Position numbers and translations under genes: made by a program | The notes under the pieces: generated by a model | Seen by the model: the letters and a program-made list of their open reading frames with translations, nothing else | Database searches by the model: none | Told to the model about the DNA's origin: nothing | Source: an uncultured Sulfolobales archaeon | Lineage (GTDB): Archaea > Thermoproteota > Thermoprotei_A > Sulfolobales > NBVN01 | Direction of reading: 5' to 3' | DNA length: 64,000 nt | Assembly (NCBI GenBank): GCA_938073905.1 | Contig: CALJEN010000005.1 | Span: 244,088-308,087 of the forward strand | Shown here: one piece after another, positions 63,300-64,000 of the stretch | Layout of the letters: each line of letters begins with the position of its first letter | How positions within the stretch are numbered: the first letter of the stretch is position 1

Positions 63300-64000
63300 C
63301 CACCGCTGCCGAGGACTCTGGAGAGGTACTCGCTATATACGTCTATGTAGCCGGGCTCGTCTCTGTCCACGTACTCCCCCAAGACGAAGCCCTTCTCCCA
63401 GCTGTAGTCGCTCTCCTCTACGGAGGGTCTCGCCTTGACTACGACCCTCTTCCTGAGCTCCAAGTAGAGGTCCGCGGGGTTCCTGAAGCCTATGTGCCTC
63501 CCGAAGATCTCGGGACACGTCGACAGGACCTCGACGAACGCCATCCCCCTCTTGGCCAGCGCCTTGTAGAACATCTGCTCGAGGAGCTGCGGGTGCGTCG
63601 TTGATCCCCTCGCTACGTAGTTCGCACCCAGGGCCGCCGCGAGCCTCACCATGTTGATCTCCTTTTCCGGGTTCCCGTAGGGCGTCGTGGTCGTGTAGAG
63701 CCCTCTGGGGGTGGTGGGCGCGAGCTGGCCCCCGGTCATGCCGTACACCATGTTGTTCACCATCACGACGAGGAGGTCGGCGTTGCGCCTCAGAGCGTGG
63801 AGGACGTGGTTTCCGCCTATGGCAGCTATGTCCCCGTCCCCACCGACCACGATCATCTTCATCTCGGGCTTCACTATCTTCACACCGAGGGCGAACGGGA
63901 TGGCCCTTCCGTGGGCAACGTGGGCGGAGTCGAAGAGGGGGTAGAGGGACATCCTGGCGGTGCAGCCTATCCCGCCGACGAAGGCCACGTTCTCCCTCTT
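63296..64000 (-). CDS. 2-oxoacid:ferredoxin oxidoreductase beta (TPP-binding) subunit, partial; continues past the window end
   Basis: VVGGDGDIAAIGGNH and NNMVYGMTGGQ TPP motifs. The frame stays open upstream of the track's Met (..KRENVAFVGG..). Confidence 0.85.
   Translation of the reverse strand, partial: KRENVAFVGGIGCTARMSLYPLFDSAHVAHGRAIPFALGVKIVKPEMKMIVVGGDGDIAAIGGNHVLHALRRNADLLVVMVNNMVYGMTGGQLAPTTPRGLYTTTTPYGNPEKEINMVRLAAALGANYVARGSTTHPQLLEQMFYKALAKRGMAFVEVLSTCPEIFGRHIGFRNPADLYLELRKRVVVKARPSVEESDYSWEKGFVLGEYVDRDEPGYIDVYSEYLSRVLGSGG

Overview
GC-rich archaeal chromosomal segment (hand-counted 60-nt blocks mostly 60-68% GC). Crenarchaeal hallmarks: unsplit rpoB behind rpoH, the S13-S4-S11-rpoD-L18e-L13-S9-rpoN-S2 operon, an L44e-S27e-aIF2alpha-Nop10-S30e cluster, AGG/ATA-biased codons, and a tRNA with a non-canonical intron. 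A Desulfurococcales-like origin is my inference only. Housekeeping blocks (1-22 kb, 26.9-35.7 kb, 58.2-64 kb) carry PheRS, NDK, enolase, an NSUN methyltransferase, RNase HII, PiT, GGT, IscS/IscU and a 2-oxoacid:ferredoxin oxidoreductase. Accessory material interrupts them. (i) A one-gene low-GC island abuts tRNA-Gly and encodes an orphan PD-(D/E)xK-fold protein (19.46-20.6 kb). (ii) A 4.9-kb island holds two divergently transcribed, membrane-anchored orphan proteins separated by a 940-bp ORF-free spacer (22.0-26.9 kb). (iii) A proline/hydroxyproline-type module has a racemase-like enzyme, an NSS transporter, two unlisted micro-ORFs and a four-subunit dehydrogenase (35.7-42.1 kb). (iv) A complete type I-B CRISPR-Cas locus (cas6-cas8b-cas7-cas5-cas3-cas4-cas1-cas2) has three arrays with homologous leaders, and one array is split off by a 3-kb transporter plus orphan-gene cassette (45.0-58.2 kb). 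My best candidates for something undescribed are (i), (ii) and the orphan 403-aa gene between the arrays. None can be given a function from sequence alone. Three features absent from the ORF track were recovered by hand translation: the rpoB N-terminal part, Nop10 in a different frame from the listed ORF, and two single-TM micro-ORFs. Many long ORFs in the track are Arg/Pro/Gly-rich antisense or off-frame artefacts of high GC and were not annotated.
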